A stretch of 64,000 nucleotides of DNA from Acidimicrobiales bacterium (GCA_016716005.1 JADJXE010000001.1:2767011-2831010), one strand, 5' to 3'. Positions 39,330-49,932 are shown, numbered from the stretch's first letter. The notes: generated by a model from the letters alone, not told the origin. Numbers and translations are program-made.

Positions 39330-39818
39330 TCAGCCGGCGGCCGGCGTGCCCGCGAACGGCGCCGGGTCGCGGGGTGCCGGCACCAGCAGGGTGGCCCAGC
39401 TCATGAGGTCGGCCAGCTCGTCGGCGACCGCCTTCCACGCCGGCGGGTCCCAGCCCTCGGCCGAACCGACCACGTGACCGGCCATGTCCAGGTGCAGGAA
39501 CGCCGGCAGGCGATCGAGCCCGAGGGCCCTCACCGCGACCCGGTCCGGGTCGCAGAAGGCGAGGAGCTCGTCGGCGAGGGGCCCGAGGAAGGCGCGGGTG
39601 TCGTCGGCCTCGGCGGTGACGAGCCACGCGGTCCGGCAGTCGGCCTGGGCGAACTCGCGGAGGATCCGGCTCGCGGTGGGCAGGATCCAGGCGCTCTCGT
39701 TGGTGTACGGGTCGAGCACCACCAGGGCCAGGTGGAAGGTGGTGAGCCACTCCTGGACGGTGCGCGCCCGCCCGTGGAGCGGCGTGAGCGCCAGGTCGGC
39801 GGGGGGGTCGATCGGCAC
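39330..39818 (-). CDS. Hypothetical protein, possibly thioredoxin-like fold
   Basis: Plausible codon usage and a -10 element 8 nt before the start; no firm family motif. Confidence 0.6.
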   Translation of the reverse strand: MPIDPPADLALTPLHGRARTVQEWLTTFHLALVVLDPYTNESAWILPTASRILREFAQADCRTAWLVTAEADDTRAFLGPLADELLAFCDPDRVAVRALGLDRLPAFLHLDMAGHVVGSAEGWDPPAWKAVADELADLMSWATLLVPAPRDPAPFAGTPAAG

Positions 39819-39931
39819 GGCCGCGAAAGGTAGCGCAGCGACGTCGGGCCGGGGAAACCCCTGGTCCGGCTAGATTGCATCGTCCGCCGTCCCGCCCCAC
39901 GGCGGCGCACCCCTCCCCGAACGGAGACCCC

Positions 39932-40357
39932 GTGTCGACCAGCGACAAGATCCTCTTCCTGCTGCACCTCCTGTCGGCCATCGCCGCCTTCGGGCCCCTG
40001 CTCGTCTACCCGATGCTGGGCGCCAGCGGGGTGGCCCCGCCGCCCCGCGCCACCCAGTGGATCGTGCTCCCCGGGCTGGTCGGGCTGTTCGTGTTCGGCC
40101 TGGCCCTGGTGAGCGCGCTCGGCTTCGAGTTCTCCGATCCCTGGATCTCGCTCGCCTTCCTCCTCAACCTGGCCGCCATCGCCGTGGCCCTGTTCCTGCT
40201 CCTCCCCACCCAGCGCCAGATCGTCGACCTGGCCGACCGGGCGGGTGGCGACACGGCCACGGCCCCGCTGCTGAAGCGGGTGAGCATGTACAGCGGGGTG
40301 CTGCACCTGCTGCTGTTCGTGGCCATCGTCGACATGATCTGGAAGCCCGGCGCGTAG
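39932..40357 (+). CDS. Four-TM membrane protein (DUF2269-like)
   Basis: LHLLSAIAAFGP...W...LHLLL...DMIWKPG; hydrophobic segments. Confidence 0.75.
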   Translation: MSTSDKILFLLHLLSAIAAFGPLLVYPMLGASGVAPPPRATQWIVLPGLVGLFVFGLALVSALGFEFSDPWISLAFLLNLAAIAVALFLLLPTQRQIVDLADRAGGDTATAPLLKRVSMYSGVLHLLLFVAIVDMIWKPGA

Positions 40358-40382
40358 CCCTCGGCTCTCGCCGTCGCCTCCC

Positions 40383-41183
40383 GTGCACCCCATCGAGCGG
40401 CTCCGCTACGTGGCCCGGGCCTCGGGCACCGACCACGCGCTGCTCGTCCGGGAGACCGCCGGCGCCCTCGCCGCCCTCGGGTTCGACCCGCCGGGCATCG
40501 TCACCGCCTGCCGGCGCATCATCGAGCGTCACCCCACGTCGGGGCCTCTGTGGTGGCTCGCCTGTCGGGTGCTCGTGGCCGACGACCCGGTCGCCGAGGC
40601 GTGGCGAGCGGCCGACGACCTCGCCGACGACCCGACCGCCTTCGAGCTGGCCCACGCCCTCCCCGACGACGCCACCGTGCTCGTGCTCGGGTGGCCCGAG
40701 CAGATCGGCGAGGCCCTGCCCCGGCGGGGTGACGTGCAGGTGCTCGCGGTCGACGTGCTCGACGAGGGCGTGGGGCTGGTGCGGCGGCTCCGCCGCTCCG
40801 ACGTGGAGGCCGTCGAGGTGCCCGTGTCCGGCCTGGGCGTCGCGGCTGCCCGCACCGACCTGGTGCTGCTCGAGGCCTCGGCGTTGGGCCCCGGGGGTCT
40901 GGTGGGCATCGCCGGCTCCCGCGCCGCGGCGGCCGTCGCCCGGCACGCCGGCACGCCGGTGTGGGCCGTTGCCGGCGTGGGCCGGGTGCTCCCCGGCCGG
41001 CTGTGGGAGGCGCTGGTCGAGCGCCTCGACGCCGACGACCCCTGGGAGGCCGACGACGAGCTGGTCCCGCTCGACCTGGTCGACCGGGTGGCCGGGCCCC
41101 GGGGCGTCGACGACGTGGCCGCCGCCCTGGCGGGCGCCGACTGCCCGGTGGCCCCGGAGCTGCTGCGGCAGGTGAACCTGTGA
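40383..41183 (+). CDS. Hypothetical protein, possibly eIF2B/IF-2B-like fold
   Basis: Clear ORF. C-terminal pattern VLVLG...VLAVD...LVLLEA...GTPVWAV is only loosely suggestive. Confidence 0.55.
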   Translation: MHPIERLRYVARASGTDHALLVRETAGALAALGFDPPGIVTACRRIIERHPTSGPLWWLACRVLVADDPVAEAWRAADDLADDPTAFELAHALPDDATVLVLGWPEQIGEALPRRGDVQVLAVDVLDEGVGLVRRLRRSDVEAVEVPVSGLGVAAARTDLVLLEASALGPGGLVGIAGSRAAAAVARHAGTPVWAVAGVGRVLPGRLWEALVERLDADDPWEADDELVPLDLVDRVAGPRGVDDVAAALAGADCPVAPELLRQVNL

Positions 41184-41199
41184 ACGAGAGGTGGGAGCC

Positions 41200-41658
41200 G
41201 TGAGCCGACGTGACCAGATCAAGATGACCCCCGAGGAGATCGACGCGTTCCTCCACGGGCGCCACGTGATGAACGTGGCGACGCTCGGCGGCGACGGCCG
41301 CATCCATCTGGTGGCCATGTGGTACGGCTTCCTCCACGGCAAGCCGGCCTTCTGGACGTACGGCAAGTCGCAGAAGGTCGTGAACCTCCGCCGTGACGCC
41401 CACGTCACCTGCCTGCTCGAGGACGGCGTGGAGTACGCCGAGCTCCGCGGCGTCGAGCTGGTGGGCACGGCACGGGTGCTCGATCGGTTCGACGACGTGC
41501 TGGCGGTCGGCACGAGCGTGGCCGAGCGCTACACCGGGCCGGTCACCGACGAGGTCCGCCCCTTCCTGGAGGCGCAGGCCCGCAAGCGGGTGGCGGTGGT
41601 GATCGACGTGGAGAAGGTCGTGAGCTGGGACCACGCCAAGCTCCGCGGCACGTACTGA
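41200..41658 (+). CDS. Pyridoxamine-5'-phosphate oxidase-like (PPOX, probably F420-binding) protein
   Basis: HLVAMWY, SQKVVNLRRD, LRGVEL, SWDH. Confidence 0.88.
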   Translation: MSRRDQIKMTPEEIDAFLHGRHVMNVATLGGDGRIHLVAMWYGFLHGKPAFWTYGKSQKVVNLRRDAHVTCLLEDGVEYAELRGVELVGTARVLDRFDDVLAVGTSVAERYTGPVTDEVRPFLEAQARKRVAVVIDVEKVVSWDHAKLRGTY

Positions 41659-41707
41659 CCGGCTGACGGCTGGAGCCCGCCGGCCCGGCGTGGCTATCGT
41701 CACTTCC

Positions 41708-42406
41708 GTGGGCGAGATCGTGACCTTCCCGAGCAACGGCGGCACCTGCACCGGCTACCTGGCCGTCCCGGCGGGCGGGAGGCCGGCCCCGGGGGTCGTG
41801 GTGATCCAGGAGTGGTGGGGCCTCGTTCCCCACATCACCGACGTGTGCGACCGGCTCGCGGCCGAGGGGTTCGTGGCCCTGGCGCCCGACCTCTACCGGG
41901 GCGAGACCACCACCGAGCCCGACGAGGCCGCCAAGCTGATGATGGCCCTGAACATGGAGCAGGCCGCCAAGGACCTGGGTGGCGCGGTCGACCGCCTGAA
42001 GGCGCACGGCGACGTCGACTCGTCCGGCGGCGTGGGCGTGATCGGCTTCTGCATGGGCGGCGGTCTGGCCCTGGTGCTGGCCGCGCACCGCTCCCACGAC
42101 GTCACCGCGGTGGTGCCGTTCTACGGGGTCATCCCCTGGCCGGGAGTCAAGCCCGACTGGTCGCGGCTCGCGGGTCGGGTGGCCGTGCTCGGCCACTACG
42201 CGGAGAAGGACGCCTTCGCCCCGCCCGACGTGGTGGAGGCCCTCGAGGGCGAGCTGAAGGTGCACGGCAGGCGGGTCGATCTGCTCATCTACCCCGGCCA
42301 GGACCACGCCTTCTTCAACGACACCCGCCCCGACGTGTACAGCCCCGAGGCGTCGGCCCAGGCCTGGGCCCGCACCATCGACTTCCTGCGGTCCGAGCTG
42401 GCCTAG
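41708..42406 (+). CDS. Dienelactone hydrolase family protein
   Basis: QEWWG, GFCMGG, HAFFND. Confidence 0.93.
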   Translation: MGEIVTFPSNGGTCTGYLAVPAGGRPAPGVVVIQEWWGLVPHITDVCDRLAAEGFVALAPDLYRGETTTEPDEAAKLMMALNMEQAAKDLGGAVDRLKAHGDVDSSGGVGVIGFCMGGGLALVLAAHRSHDVTAVVPFYGVIPWPGVKPDWSRLAGRVAVLGHYAEKDAFAPPDVVEALEGELKVHGRRVDLLIYPGQDHAFFNDTRPDVYSPEASAQAWARTIDFLRSELA

Positions 42407-42466
42407 CCGCCGGTCGCACCGGTCGCCGGGTGGCGGCCGGGGGCGCGCCTCCCTACCCTGACTGCC

Positions 42467-43264
42467 GTGCCGGCCGCCCCTCGTGCTCGACCGGGCGCAC
42501 CGCCGGTGGAGGCCGTGGTCCTCGACGTCGGCGGCGTGCTGGTGGTCCCCCACCACGAGCACCTCGCTCCGGCCCTGGTCCCGTACGGTGCCACCACCGA
42601 GCCGGCGGCCTACGAGCGGGCCCACTACGCGGGCATGCACGCGGTCGACGTCGAGGGCGACGCCCGACCCCGTCCCGGCGACTGGACGGCGTACCAGCTG
42701 GCCTACGCGTCGGCGGTGGGCGTGGCCGAGGATCACCTGGCCGAGGCCGTCGGCCACCTCGACCGGGCCCTCGACGGGCAGGCGCACCTGGTGTGGTCGA
42801 AGGTGCTCGACGGTGCCGCGCCCGGCCTGGCCGCGCTGGCCGCCACCGGCCTGCCGCTGGCCGTCGTGAGCAACAGCGACGGTTCGGTGGAGACCCTCCT
42901 CGCCGTCGCCGGGCTGTGCCAGGTCGGGCCCGGCCCCGGCGTGGCGGTCGCCGCCATCGTCGACTCCGAGGTCGTGGGCGTGGCCAAGCCCGACCCCCGG
43001 ATCTTCTCGTTCGCCCTCGACCCCCTGGGCGTCGCGCCCGAGCGGGCCCTCTACGTGGGCGACTCGGCGCTGTTCGACGTGGGAGGGGCCCGCGCCGCCG
43101 GCTTGCAGCCGCTGCACCTCGATCCCTACGGCCTCTGCCGGGCGACCGACCACCCCCACGCCCGCTCGCTCACCGAGATCGCCGGCCGCCTCGGCCGCTC
43201 GGGCGAGCCCGCGCCGTCCGCGCCCGACGCCGCCGTCTGGCGTGGCCCTGCCTCCGGTCCGTAG
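42467..43264 (+). CDS. HAD-superfamily hydrolase
   Basis: [23 protein letters not shown]...D. Confidence 0.9.
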   Translation: MPAAPRARPGAPPVEAVVLDVGGVLVVPHHEHLAPALVPYGATTEPAAYERAHYAGMHAVDVEGDARPRPGDWTAYQLAYASAVGVAEDHLAEAVGHLDRALDGQAHLVWSKVLDGAAPGLAALAATGLPLAVVSNSDGSVETLLAVAGLCQVGPGPGVAVAAIVDSEVVGVAKPDPRIFSFALDPLGVAPERALYVGDSALFDVGGARAAGLQPLHLDPYGLCRATDHPHARSLTEIAGRLGRSGEPAPSAPDAAVWRGPASGP

Positions 43265-43275
43265 CGTCGAGGGTG

Positions 43276-44322
43276 ATGCGGAACCCCAAGGACTTCTTCC
43301 GGCCCCTCGCCGTGGGCGCCCCGACCCCATTGCGCGAGGCCCCCTTCACGCCGTCCCGGATGATCCACTTCTTCGACCCGGGCAACGAGAAGATGGTGGC
43401 CAAGCTCCCCGACCTGGCCCCGCAGGTCGACGTGCTGCTCGGCAACCTCGAGGATGCCATCGCGTCCGATCGCAAGGAGGCGGCCCGGGCCGGCCTGGTG
43501 CACGTGGGGCGCACCCTCGACCTCGGCGACACCCAGCTGTGGACCCGGGTGAACAGCCTCGACTCGCCCTGGGTGCTCGACGACCTGATCACCCTGGTCA
43601 CCGAGATCGGCGACGCCCTCGACGTGATCATGGTCCCCAAGGTCGAGGGCGCGGAGGACATCCACTACGTGGATCGCCTGCTGGCCCAGCTCGAGGCCCG
43701 CGCCGGGCTCGCCGAGCCGCTCCAGGTGCACGCCATCCTCGAGACGGCGCGGGGCGTGGCCAACGTCGAGGAGATCTGCGCGGCCTCGCCGCGCATGCAG
43801 GGCCTGTCGCTGGGCCCGGCCGACCTGGCCGCCGACCGTCGGATGAAGACCACCCGGGTGGGCGGCGGGCACCCCGACTACCTCGTGCGCGAGGACCCGG
43901 GCGACGACGAGTCGGCCCCCCGCGCCGTCTTCCAGCAGGACCTGTGGCACTACACGCTGGCCCGCATGGTCGACGCCTGCCGGTCCAACGGGATCTTCCC
44001 GTACTACGGCCCCTTCGGCGACATCAAGGACGTCGTCGCCTGCGAGGACCAGTTCCGCAACGCGTTCCTGCTGGGGTGCGTCGGGGCGTGGAGCCTCCAC
44101 CCGGTGCAGATCGAGATCGCCAAGCGGGTGTTCAGCCCCCCGGTGGCCGAGGTGGCGTGGGCCAAGCGGGTGATCGACGCCATGGGCGACGGCACCGGCG
44201 CGGTGATGATCGACGGGAAGATGCAGGACGACGCGACCGTGAAGCAGTGCCGGTCGGTGGTGGAGCTGGCCGAGCTGCTGGCGGCGCGCGACCCCGAGCT
44301 GAAGGAGGCCTACGGGCTGTGA
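43276..44322 (+). CDS. mcl: Malyl-CoA/beta-methylmalyl-CoA lyase (Chloroflexus-type Mcl)
   Basis: [50 protein letters not shown] match recalled Chloroflexus Mcl. Confidence 0.85.
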   Translation: MRNPKDFFRPLAVGAPTPLREAPFTPSRMIHFFDPGNEKMVAKLPDLAPQVDVLLGNLEDAIASDRKEAARAGLVHVGRTLDLGDTQLWTRVNSLDSPWVLDDLITLVTEIGDALDVIMVPKVEGAEDIHYVDRLLAQLEARAGLAEPLQVHAILETARGVANVEEICAASPRMQGLSLGPADLAADRRMKTTRVGGGHPDYLVREDPGDDESAPRAVFQQDLWHYTLARMVDACRSNGIFPYYGPFGDIKDVVACEDQFRNAFLLGCVGAWSLHPVQIEIAKRVFSPPVAEVAWAKRVIDAMGDGTGAVMIDGKMQDDATVKQCRSVVELAELLAARDPELKEAYGL

Positions 44323-45203
44323 GCACCGACACCGCGATCCGTCCCCGCCGCTCGGTGCTGTACATGCCGGGCGCCAACACCAGGGCCCTGGAGAAGGCCA
44401 AGGGGCTGGCGGCCGACGCCCTCATCCTCGACCTCGAGGACGCGGTGGCCCCCGATGCCAAGCCCGAGGCGCGCGCCAACGTGGTCGCCGCCGTCACGGG
44501 GGGCGGCTACGGCCGGCGTGAGCTGGCGATCCGCGTCAACGCCCTCGGCACGCCGTGGGGCGCCGACGACGTGCGGGCCGCGGCCGGAGCCGGGCCCGAC
44601 GCGGTGCTGGTGCCCAAGGTGGAGAGCGCCGACGGCGTGCACGAGGCGCTGCGTGCCCTCGACGCCGCCGGCGCCCCTGCCGGCACCAGCCTGTGGGTGA
44701 TGCTCGAGACGCCCCTGGCCGTCCTGCGGGCCGCCGAGATCGCCGGCGCCAGCGAGCGGCTGACGGTGCTGGTGATGGGCACGAACGACCTGAGCAAGGA
44801 GCTCCGCTGTGCCATCCAGCCGGGACGCGAGCCCATGCTCTACGCCCTCGGCGCCTGCGTGGCCGCGGCGCGCTCGGCCGGCAAGGTGATCCTCGACGGG
44901 GTCTACAACGCCATCGACGACCCGGACGGGTTCGCGGCCGAGTGCCGCCAGGGGGTGGCCTTCGGGTTCGACGGCAAGACCCTGATCCACCCCAGCCAGC
45001 TCGAGCCGTGCAACGCCGCGTGGGCGCCCAGCGAGGCCGACGTGGCCCAGGCCCGCCGGATCATCCAGGCCTTCGAGCAGGCCCGGGCCGAGGGCCGGGG
45101 CGTGGTCACGGTCGACGGCCGCATGATCGAGAACCTCCACGTCGACAACGCCCGGCGGGCCCTGGCCATGGCCGAGGCCATCGCCGCCCTCGAGGAGGGC
45201 TGA
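44319..45203 (+). CDS. CitE-family CoA-ester lyase, malyl-CoA thioesterase (Mcl2)-like
   Basis: [44 protein letters not shown]; GTGA-coupled to mcl. Confidence 0.85.
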   Translation: MSTDTAIRPRRSVLYMPGANTRALEKAKGLAADALILDLEDAVAPDAKPEARANVVAAVTGGGYGRRELAIRVNALGTPWGADDVRAAAGAGPDAVLVPKVESADGVHEALRALDAAGAPAGTSLWVMLETPLAVLRAAEIAGASERLTVLVMGTNDLSKELRCAIQPGREPMLYALGACVAAARSAGKVILDGVYNAIDDPDGFAAECRQGVAFGFDGKTLIHPSQLEPCNAAWAPSEADVAQARRIIQAFEQARAEGRGVVTVDGRMIENLHVDNARRALAMAEAIAALEEG

Positions 45204-45249
45204 GCCCGAGCCGGGCCCCGGGCCGGGCCGCACCGGTAGGGTCGGCCCG

Positions 45250-46359
45250 GTGGAGCAGGTCGACGTGGTGGTGGTGGGGGCCGGCGCGATGGGGTCGGCC
45301 GCGGCCTGGTGGCTGGCCCGCCGGGGCCGGTCGGTCGCGCTGCTCGAGCGCTTCGAGCCCGGCCACGGTCGGGGGTCGAGCCACGGGTCGACCCGCCTCT
45401 TCCGGCTCGCCTACGACGATCCGCTCTACGTGCGGCTGGCCCAGGAGGCCCTGCCGCTGTGGCGCGAGCTCGAGGACGAGGCCGGCCGGCCCCTGCTCGA
45501 CGTCACCGGCTCCACCGACCACGGCGACCCGGTGGCGGTGGCCGCGGTGGCCGACGCCCTGGCCGCGTGCGGTGCGCCGTTCGAGCGCCTCACCCCCGGC
45601 GAGGCGGCCGAGCGCTGGACCGGGATGCGCTTCGACGGCGAGGTCGTGCACCAGCCCGAGGGCGGGCGTTGCCGCGCCGCCGACACCGTGGCCGCCCTCC
45701 GGGCCCTCGCCGCGGGCCTGGGGGCCGACGTGCGGAGCTCGGTCGGTGCGGCCACGGTCGAGCCCGGCGTCGACGGCGTCGTGGTGCGCGCCGGCGACGA
45801 CGGCGACCACCCCGGCGAGTCGTGGCGGGCACCGGTGGCGGTGGTGGCCGTGGGCTCGTGGGCCGAGCCCGTCCTGGGGCCGGCGCTCAAGCGGCTCGGG
45901 CCGTCGCTGCCCGACCTGGTCGTCACCCGCGAGCAGTGGCAGCACGCCCGCCCCCTCGACCCCGGCGCGGCCTGGCCCAGCTACATCCACCACCTGGCGC
46001 CCGAGGTGTACGGCCTGGCCGGGCCCGAGGGCGTGAAGCTGGCCTCGCACCACGCCGGCAGCCGCACCACGGGCGACGGGCGCTCGTTCGCGCCCGACCC
46101 GGCCGTGCTGGCCTGGGCCCGGTCGTACGCCGAGCGCTGGCTGCCCGGTTGCGACCCCGAGCCCGTCCACCCGGCCACCTGCCTCTACACCAGCACGCCC
46201 GGCAAGGACTTCGTGATCGACCGGGTCGGCCCGATCGTGGTCGGTTCGCCGTGCTCGGGCCACGGCTTCAAGTTCACCCCGGTGATCGGGCGGATGCTGG
46301 CCGACCTGGCCGACGGGACCGCCGACCGGGCCCACGACCCCCGCTGGGCCCTCGCCTGA
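45250..46359 (+). CDS. Monomeric sarcosine oxidase/N-methyltryptophan oxidase-like flavoprotein
   Basis: GAGAMG, GSSHGSTR, TCLYT, CSGHGFKF. Confidence 0.88.
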   Translation: MEQVDVVVVGAGAMGSAAAWWLARRGRSVALLERFEPGHGRGSSHGSTRLFRLAYDDPLYVRLAQEALPLWRELEDEAGRPLLDVTGSTDHGDPVAVAAVADALAACGAPFERLTPGEAAERWTGMRFDGEVVHQPEGGRCRAADTVAALRALAAGLGADVRSSVGAATVEPGVDGVVVRAGDDGDHPGESWRAPVAVVAVGSWAEPVLGPALKRLGPSLPDLVVTREQWQHARPLDPGAAWPSYIHHLAPEVYGLAGPEGVKLASHHAGSRTTGDGRSFAPDPAVLAWARSYAERWLPGCDPEPVHPATCLYTSTPGKDFVIDRVGPIVVGSPCSGHGFKFTPVIGRMLADLADGTADRAHDPRWALA

Positions 46360-46420
46360 CGGGCGTGCGGCCGCGGTCCCGATCGGGGACCAGGGCCCGC
46401 CGGCCTGGCAGGCTGGGCGG

Positions 46421-47503
46421 GTGGCCGGCGAGGTGCGGTACGGGATCATCGGGACCGGGATGATGGGCATCGAGCACGTGGCCAGCCTGCGGGCCCTCGA
46501 CGGAGCCAGGGTGGTGGCGCTGGCCGACCCGCACGAGCCCTCGCTGGGCGCCGCGGTGGCCGCGCTGGGCGAGGACGCCGCCGGCGTGCACGTCTACGGC
46601 GACCACCGCGAGCTGCTCGACTCGGGCGGCTGCGATGCCGTGGTGATCGCGTCGCCGAACATGACCCACGCCGACGTGCTGGTCGACGTGCTCGCCACCG
46701 ACGTGCACGTGCTGGTGGAGAAGCCGCTGTGCACCACGGTCGAGGACTGCCGGCGGGTGGCCGCCGCGGCCGAGGGGCGCCGGGCCCTCGTCGCCGTGGG
46801 CCTCGAGTACCGGTTCATGCCCTCGACGGCGCGGTTCGTGGCCGAGGTGCGGGGCGGCACGGTCGGCCGGCTGCGCATGCTCGCCATCCGGGAGCACCGC
46901 TTCCCGTTCCTGGTGAAGGTCGGCGACTGGAACCGCTTCAACCGCAACACCGGGGGCACGCTGGTCGAGAAGTGCTGCCACTTCTTCGACCTCATGCGGC
47001 TGGTGGCCGGCAGCGACCCGGTGAGGCTGCTGGCCTCCGGCGGGCAGAGCGTCAACCACCTCGACGAGGTGTACGGCGGCGAGGTGCCCGACATCCTCGA
47101 CAACGCCTACGTCATCGTCGACTTCGCCGACGGGGTGCGCGCCCTGCTCGACCTGTGCATGTTCGCCGAGGCCACCCATCACTCCGAGGAGCTGGTCGCG
47201 GTGGGCGACCGGGGCAAGGTCGAGGCCCTGCTGCCCCAGGGCACGGTGCGGGTCGGTCGTCGGGGCGAGCACTGGATCGGCGGCGTCGAGCACGATCGGG
47301 TGGCCGACGACCGGGTTCGCTACGAGGGGTTCCATCACGGCGCCTGCTACCTCGAGCACGCCGACCTGCTGGAGGCGATCCGCGCCGGCCGCCGCCCGGC
47401 GGTCGGTCTCGACGACGGGCTCTGGTCGGTGGCCATGGGCGTGGCCGCGCACCGTTCGATCGACGAGGGTCGGGTGGTCACCATGGACGAGGTGCTGGGG
47501 TGA
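46421..47503 (+). CDS. Gfo/Idh/MocA-fold enzyme, probable NAD+-dependent sulfoquinovosidase (GH188/SqgA-like)
   Basis: EKP, GLEYRFMP, REHRFPFLVKVGDWNRF, GGTLVEKCCHFFDL; operon context with smoB/smoC-like genes. Confidence 0.7.
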   Translation: MAGEVRYGIIGTGMMGIEHVASLRALDGARVVALADPHEPSLGAAVAALGEDAAGVHVYGDHRELLDSGGCDAVVIASPNMTHADVLVDVLATDVHVLVEKPLCTTVEDCRRVAAAAEGRRALVAVGLEYRFMPSTARFVAEVRGGTVGRLRMLAIREHRFPFLVKVGDWNRFNRNTGGTLVEKCCHFFDLMRLVAGSDPVRLLASGGQSVNHLDEVYGGEVPDILDNAYVIVDFADGVRALLDLCMFAEATHHSEELVAVGDRGKVEALLPQGTVRVGRRGEHWIGGVEHDRVADDRVRYEGFHHGACYLEHADLLEAIRAGRRPAVGLDDGLWSVAMGVAAHRSIDEGRVVTMDEVLG

Positions 47504-48429
47504 CGGCCGGCGGGGGTCTGGTCGACGCCGGCCCCCGGTCGCTGGCGCCAGGGCTGCTCCCCGTGGGGCCGCTCGGGTTCGGGTGCTGGCGCCTCACCAC
47601 GCCCTCCACCGCCGAGGCGCGGGTGCTGGTCGAGGCGGCGCTCGACGCCGGGCTCACCCTCGTCGACACCGCCGACGTGTACGGGCTCGACTGGGGCGGC
47701 CGCGGCCTCGGCAGCGTCGAGGAGCGCCTCGGGGCGGTGCTGGTCGAGGCGCCGTCGCTGCGGGAGCGCATGGTGCTCGCGACCAAGGGTGGGATCGTGC
47801 CGGGCGTGCCGTACGACTCGAGCCCCGCCCACCTGCGAGCGGCGTGCGAGGCGTCGCTGCGGCGCCTCGGCGTGGAGGCCGTCGACCTCTGGATGATCCA
47901 CCGGCCCGATCCCTTCACCCACCCGGCCGCGGTCGCCGAGACCCTGGTGGCGCTGCGCGACGAGGGCAAGATCCTCGCCGCCGGCGTGTCGAACTGCACC
48001 GTCGCCCACCTGGACGCCCTCCAGGCCCACCTGCCGTTCCCGCTGGCCACCAACCAGGTAGAGCTGTCTGCCGCGCACCTCGACCCGCTCGTCGACGGGA
48101 CCCTCGACCGGTGCCTGCGCGACGGCACGGTGCCCACGGCCTGGAGCCCGCTCGCCGGCGGCCGGCTGGCCACCGGCGCCGGGCCCGGCGACGGCGCGGT
48201 CCGGACCGAGCTGCTGGCCGTACTCGACCGCCTGGCCCGGCGCGAGGGCGTCGACCGCACCGCGGTGGCGCTGGCGTTCGTGCTCTCCCACCCGTCCCGA
48301 CCCGTGGCCCTGGTGGGCACCCAGCGGCCCGACCGGATCCGGGCGGCCACGGCCGCCCTCCGCGTCCGGTTGACCCGCGCCGACGTGTACGCCGTGATCG
48401 AGGCGTCGACCGGCGAGCCGCTGCCGTGA
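47500..48429 (+). CDS. Aldo/keto reductase, SmoB (6-oxo-glucose reductase)-like
   Basis: DTADVYG, ATKGG, IHRPDP, GVSN, TNQVE, AWSPL; coupled to both neighbours. Confidence 0.8.
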   Translation: MTAGGGLVDAGPRSLAPGLLPVGPLGFGCWRLTTPSTAEARVLVEAALDAGLTLVDTADVYGLDWGGRGLGSVEERLGAVLVEAPSLRERMVLATKGGIVPGVPYDSSPAHLRAACEASLRRLGVEAVDLWMIHRPDPFTHPAAVAETLVALRDEGKILAAGVSNCTVAHLDALQAHLPFPLATNQVELSAAHLDPLVDGTLDRCLRDGTVPTAWSPLAGGRLATGAGPGDGAVRTELLAVLDRLARREGVDRTAVALAFVLSHPSRPVALVGTQRPDRIRAATAALRVRLTRADVYAVIEASTGEPLP

Positions 48430-49541
48430 CCGCCGGGTCCGGCGAGGGGCCGGGGGTGCGCCCGGTGGAGGTGGCCTGGTTCGCGGCGCTGTGCGACGAC
48501 GACCACGAGTTCCTGGGGGTCGCCGACCCGTACCTGCGCAGCTCGTGGGAGCACTGCCGGAACCTGGCGCTGCTCGCCGAGCGCCACGGGTTCGACAGCC
48601 TGCTGCTCCCGTCGGGCTACGCCATGGGCATCGACAACGTGGCGTTCGCGGCCGGCATCGCCCCGCTCACCCGGCGGATCGGCCTGCTGCTGGCGGTGCG
48701 CGTGGGCGAGCTGGTGTTGCCGCAGCTGGCCCGCCAGCTCGCCACCCTCGACCAGCTGGCCGAGGGGCGTCTGGCCGTGAACGTGATCTCCAGCGACGTG
48801 CCCGGCGAGCAGCTGCCGGCCGATGCCCGCTATCGGCGCACCCTCGAGGTGATGGCGGTGCTGCGCGACCTGCTCGACGGCCGGCCCGTCGACGTGCGCG
48901 GCGAGTTCGTGCGCCTCGCCGTCGACCCTCCCCGGGTGGCCGTGGACGGGCGGGGGTGCCCGCCGTACTACTTCGGTGGGCTCTCCCACGAGGCGCGCGA
49001 GTGCGCGGCGGCCGGGGCCGACGTGTACCTCACCTGGCCCGACACCGCCGACCGGGTCGCTGCCCTGATCGCCGACGTGCGGGCGCGGGCCGCCCGCAGG
49101 GGCCGCAGCCTGCGGTTCGGCTGGCGCTCCCACGTGATCGTGCGGGAGACCGAGGCCGAGGCCCAGGCGGCGGCGCGCCGGCTGCTCAGCCGCCTCGATC
49201 CCGACGAGGGTGCCCGCATCCGGGCCCGTTCCCTCGACAGCACCTCGGCCGGGGTGCGGCGGCAGGGTGAGCTGCGCGCCGGCGCGGACGACGAGGGCTA
49301 CGTGGAGCGCCACCTCTGGACGGGGGTGGGCCGGGCCCGCAGCGGGGCCGGCGCGGCCATCGTGGGCGATCCCGACCAGGTGCTGGCCACCCTGGAGGGC
49401 CTCCGCGACCTCGGTGTCGACGCCTTCATCCTGTCGGGCTACCCGCACGCGGCCGAGTGCGATCTGGTCGCCCGCTACGTGCTCCCGCACCTGCCCCACG
49501 CGCCGCTGGCCGTCACGCCCCAGCCGGTCGCCCTCGCCTGA
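48426..49541 (+). CDS. smoC: LLM monooxygenase, sulfoquinovose monooxygenase (SmoC/SquD)-like
   Basis: WFAALCDDD..LG...LRSSWEHC, NVISSD, YVERHLWTGVGRARSG, ILSGYPH match recalled Agrobacterium SmoC. Confidence 0.75.
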   Translation: MTAGSGEGPGVRPVEVAWFAALCDDDHEFLGVADPYLRSSWEHCRNLALLAERHGFDSLLLPSGYAMGIDNVAFAAGIAPLTRRIGLLLAVRVGELVLPQLARQLATLDQLAEGRLAVNVISSDVPGEQLPADARYRRTLEVMAVLRDLLDGRPVDVRGEFVRLAVDPPRVAVDGRGCPPYYFGGLSHEARECAAAGADVYLTWPDTADRVAALIADVRARAARRGRSLRFGWRSHVIVRETEAEAQAAARRLLSRLDPDEGARIRARSLDSTSAGVRRQGELRAGADDEGYVERHLWTGVGRARSGAGAAIVGDPDQVLATLEGLRDLGVDAFILSGYPHAAECDLVARYVLPHLPHAPLAVTPQPVALA

Positions 49542-49552
49542 CCCGGCTCCGT

Positions 49553-49692
49553 CGTCTTGTGCGCGGGCGGTGCGTGTGGGGCGTCGTGGGAGCGATGGGG
49601 ACGTGGGGGTCGGCGTCTTGTGCGCGGGCGGTGCGTGTGGGGCGTCGTGGGCGCGATGGGGACGTGGGGGTCGGCGTCTTGTGCGCGGGCGG
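49553..49692 (+). repeat. 61-bp tandem repeat (~2.3 copies), each unit with a G-quadruplex motif
   Basis: Units start at 49553, 49614 and 49675 (one mismatch between the full units); GGGG-N6-GGG-N6-GGGG-N4-GGGGG. Confidence 0.9.
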
Positions 49693-49928
49693 CCCGCTGG
49701 GACGGCGCGCTGCTGGCGGCGGTGTCCGCCGACGGGATGATCAACCCCCTCACGCCCTCCCAGCCGGCCGAGGCGGTCGCGGTGATGGGCGGGCACCGGC
49801 CCGTGGGCGCGGGCCCCTTCGCGGTGGCCGTGATCACTCCCGGCCCACCTGATGCGGCCGCGACCGCCGCGCTGGCCGAGGCCTGGGCGACCGGGATCCT
49901 GGTGGCCGGCGCCTGCGGCGGGGCCTGA
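49684..49928 (+). pseudogene. Possible C-terminal remnant of an LLM-class gene
   Basis: RAARWDG...P...AALAEAWAT resembles LLM C-termini; no credible start. Confidence 0.4.
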
Positions 49929-49932
49929 CGGC

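Noticed and set aside
49553-49692. Possible CRISPR array (also considered for 24437-24535)
   Set aside because: The units are contiguous with no unique spacers, and no cas genes are present.
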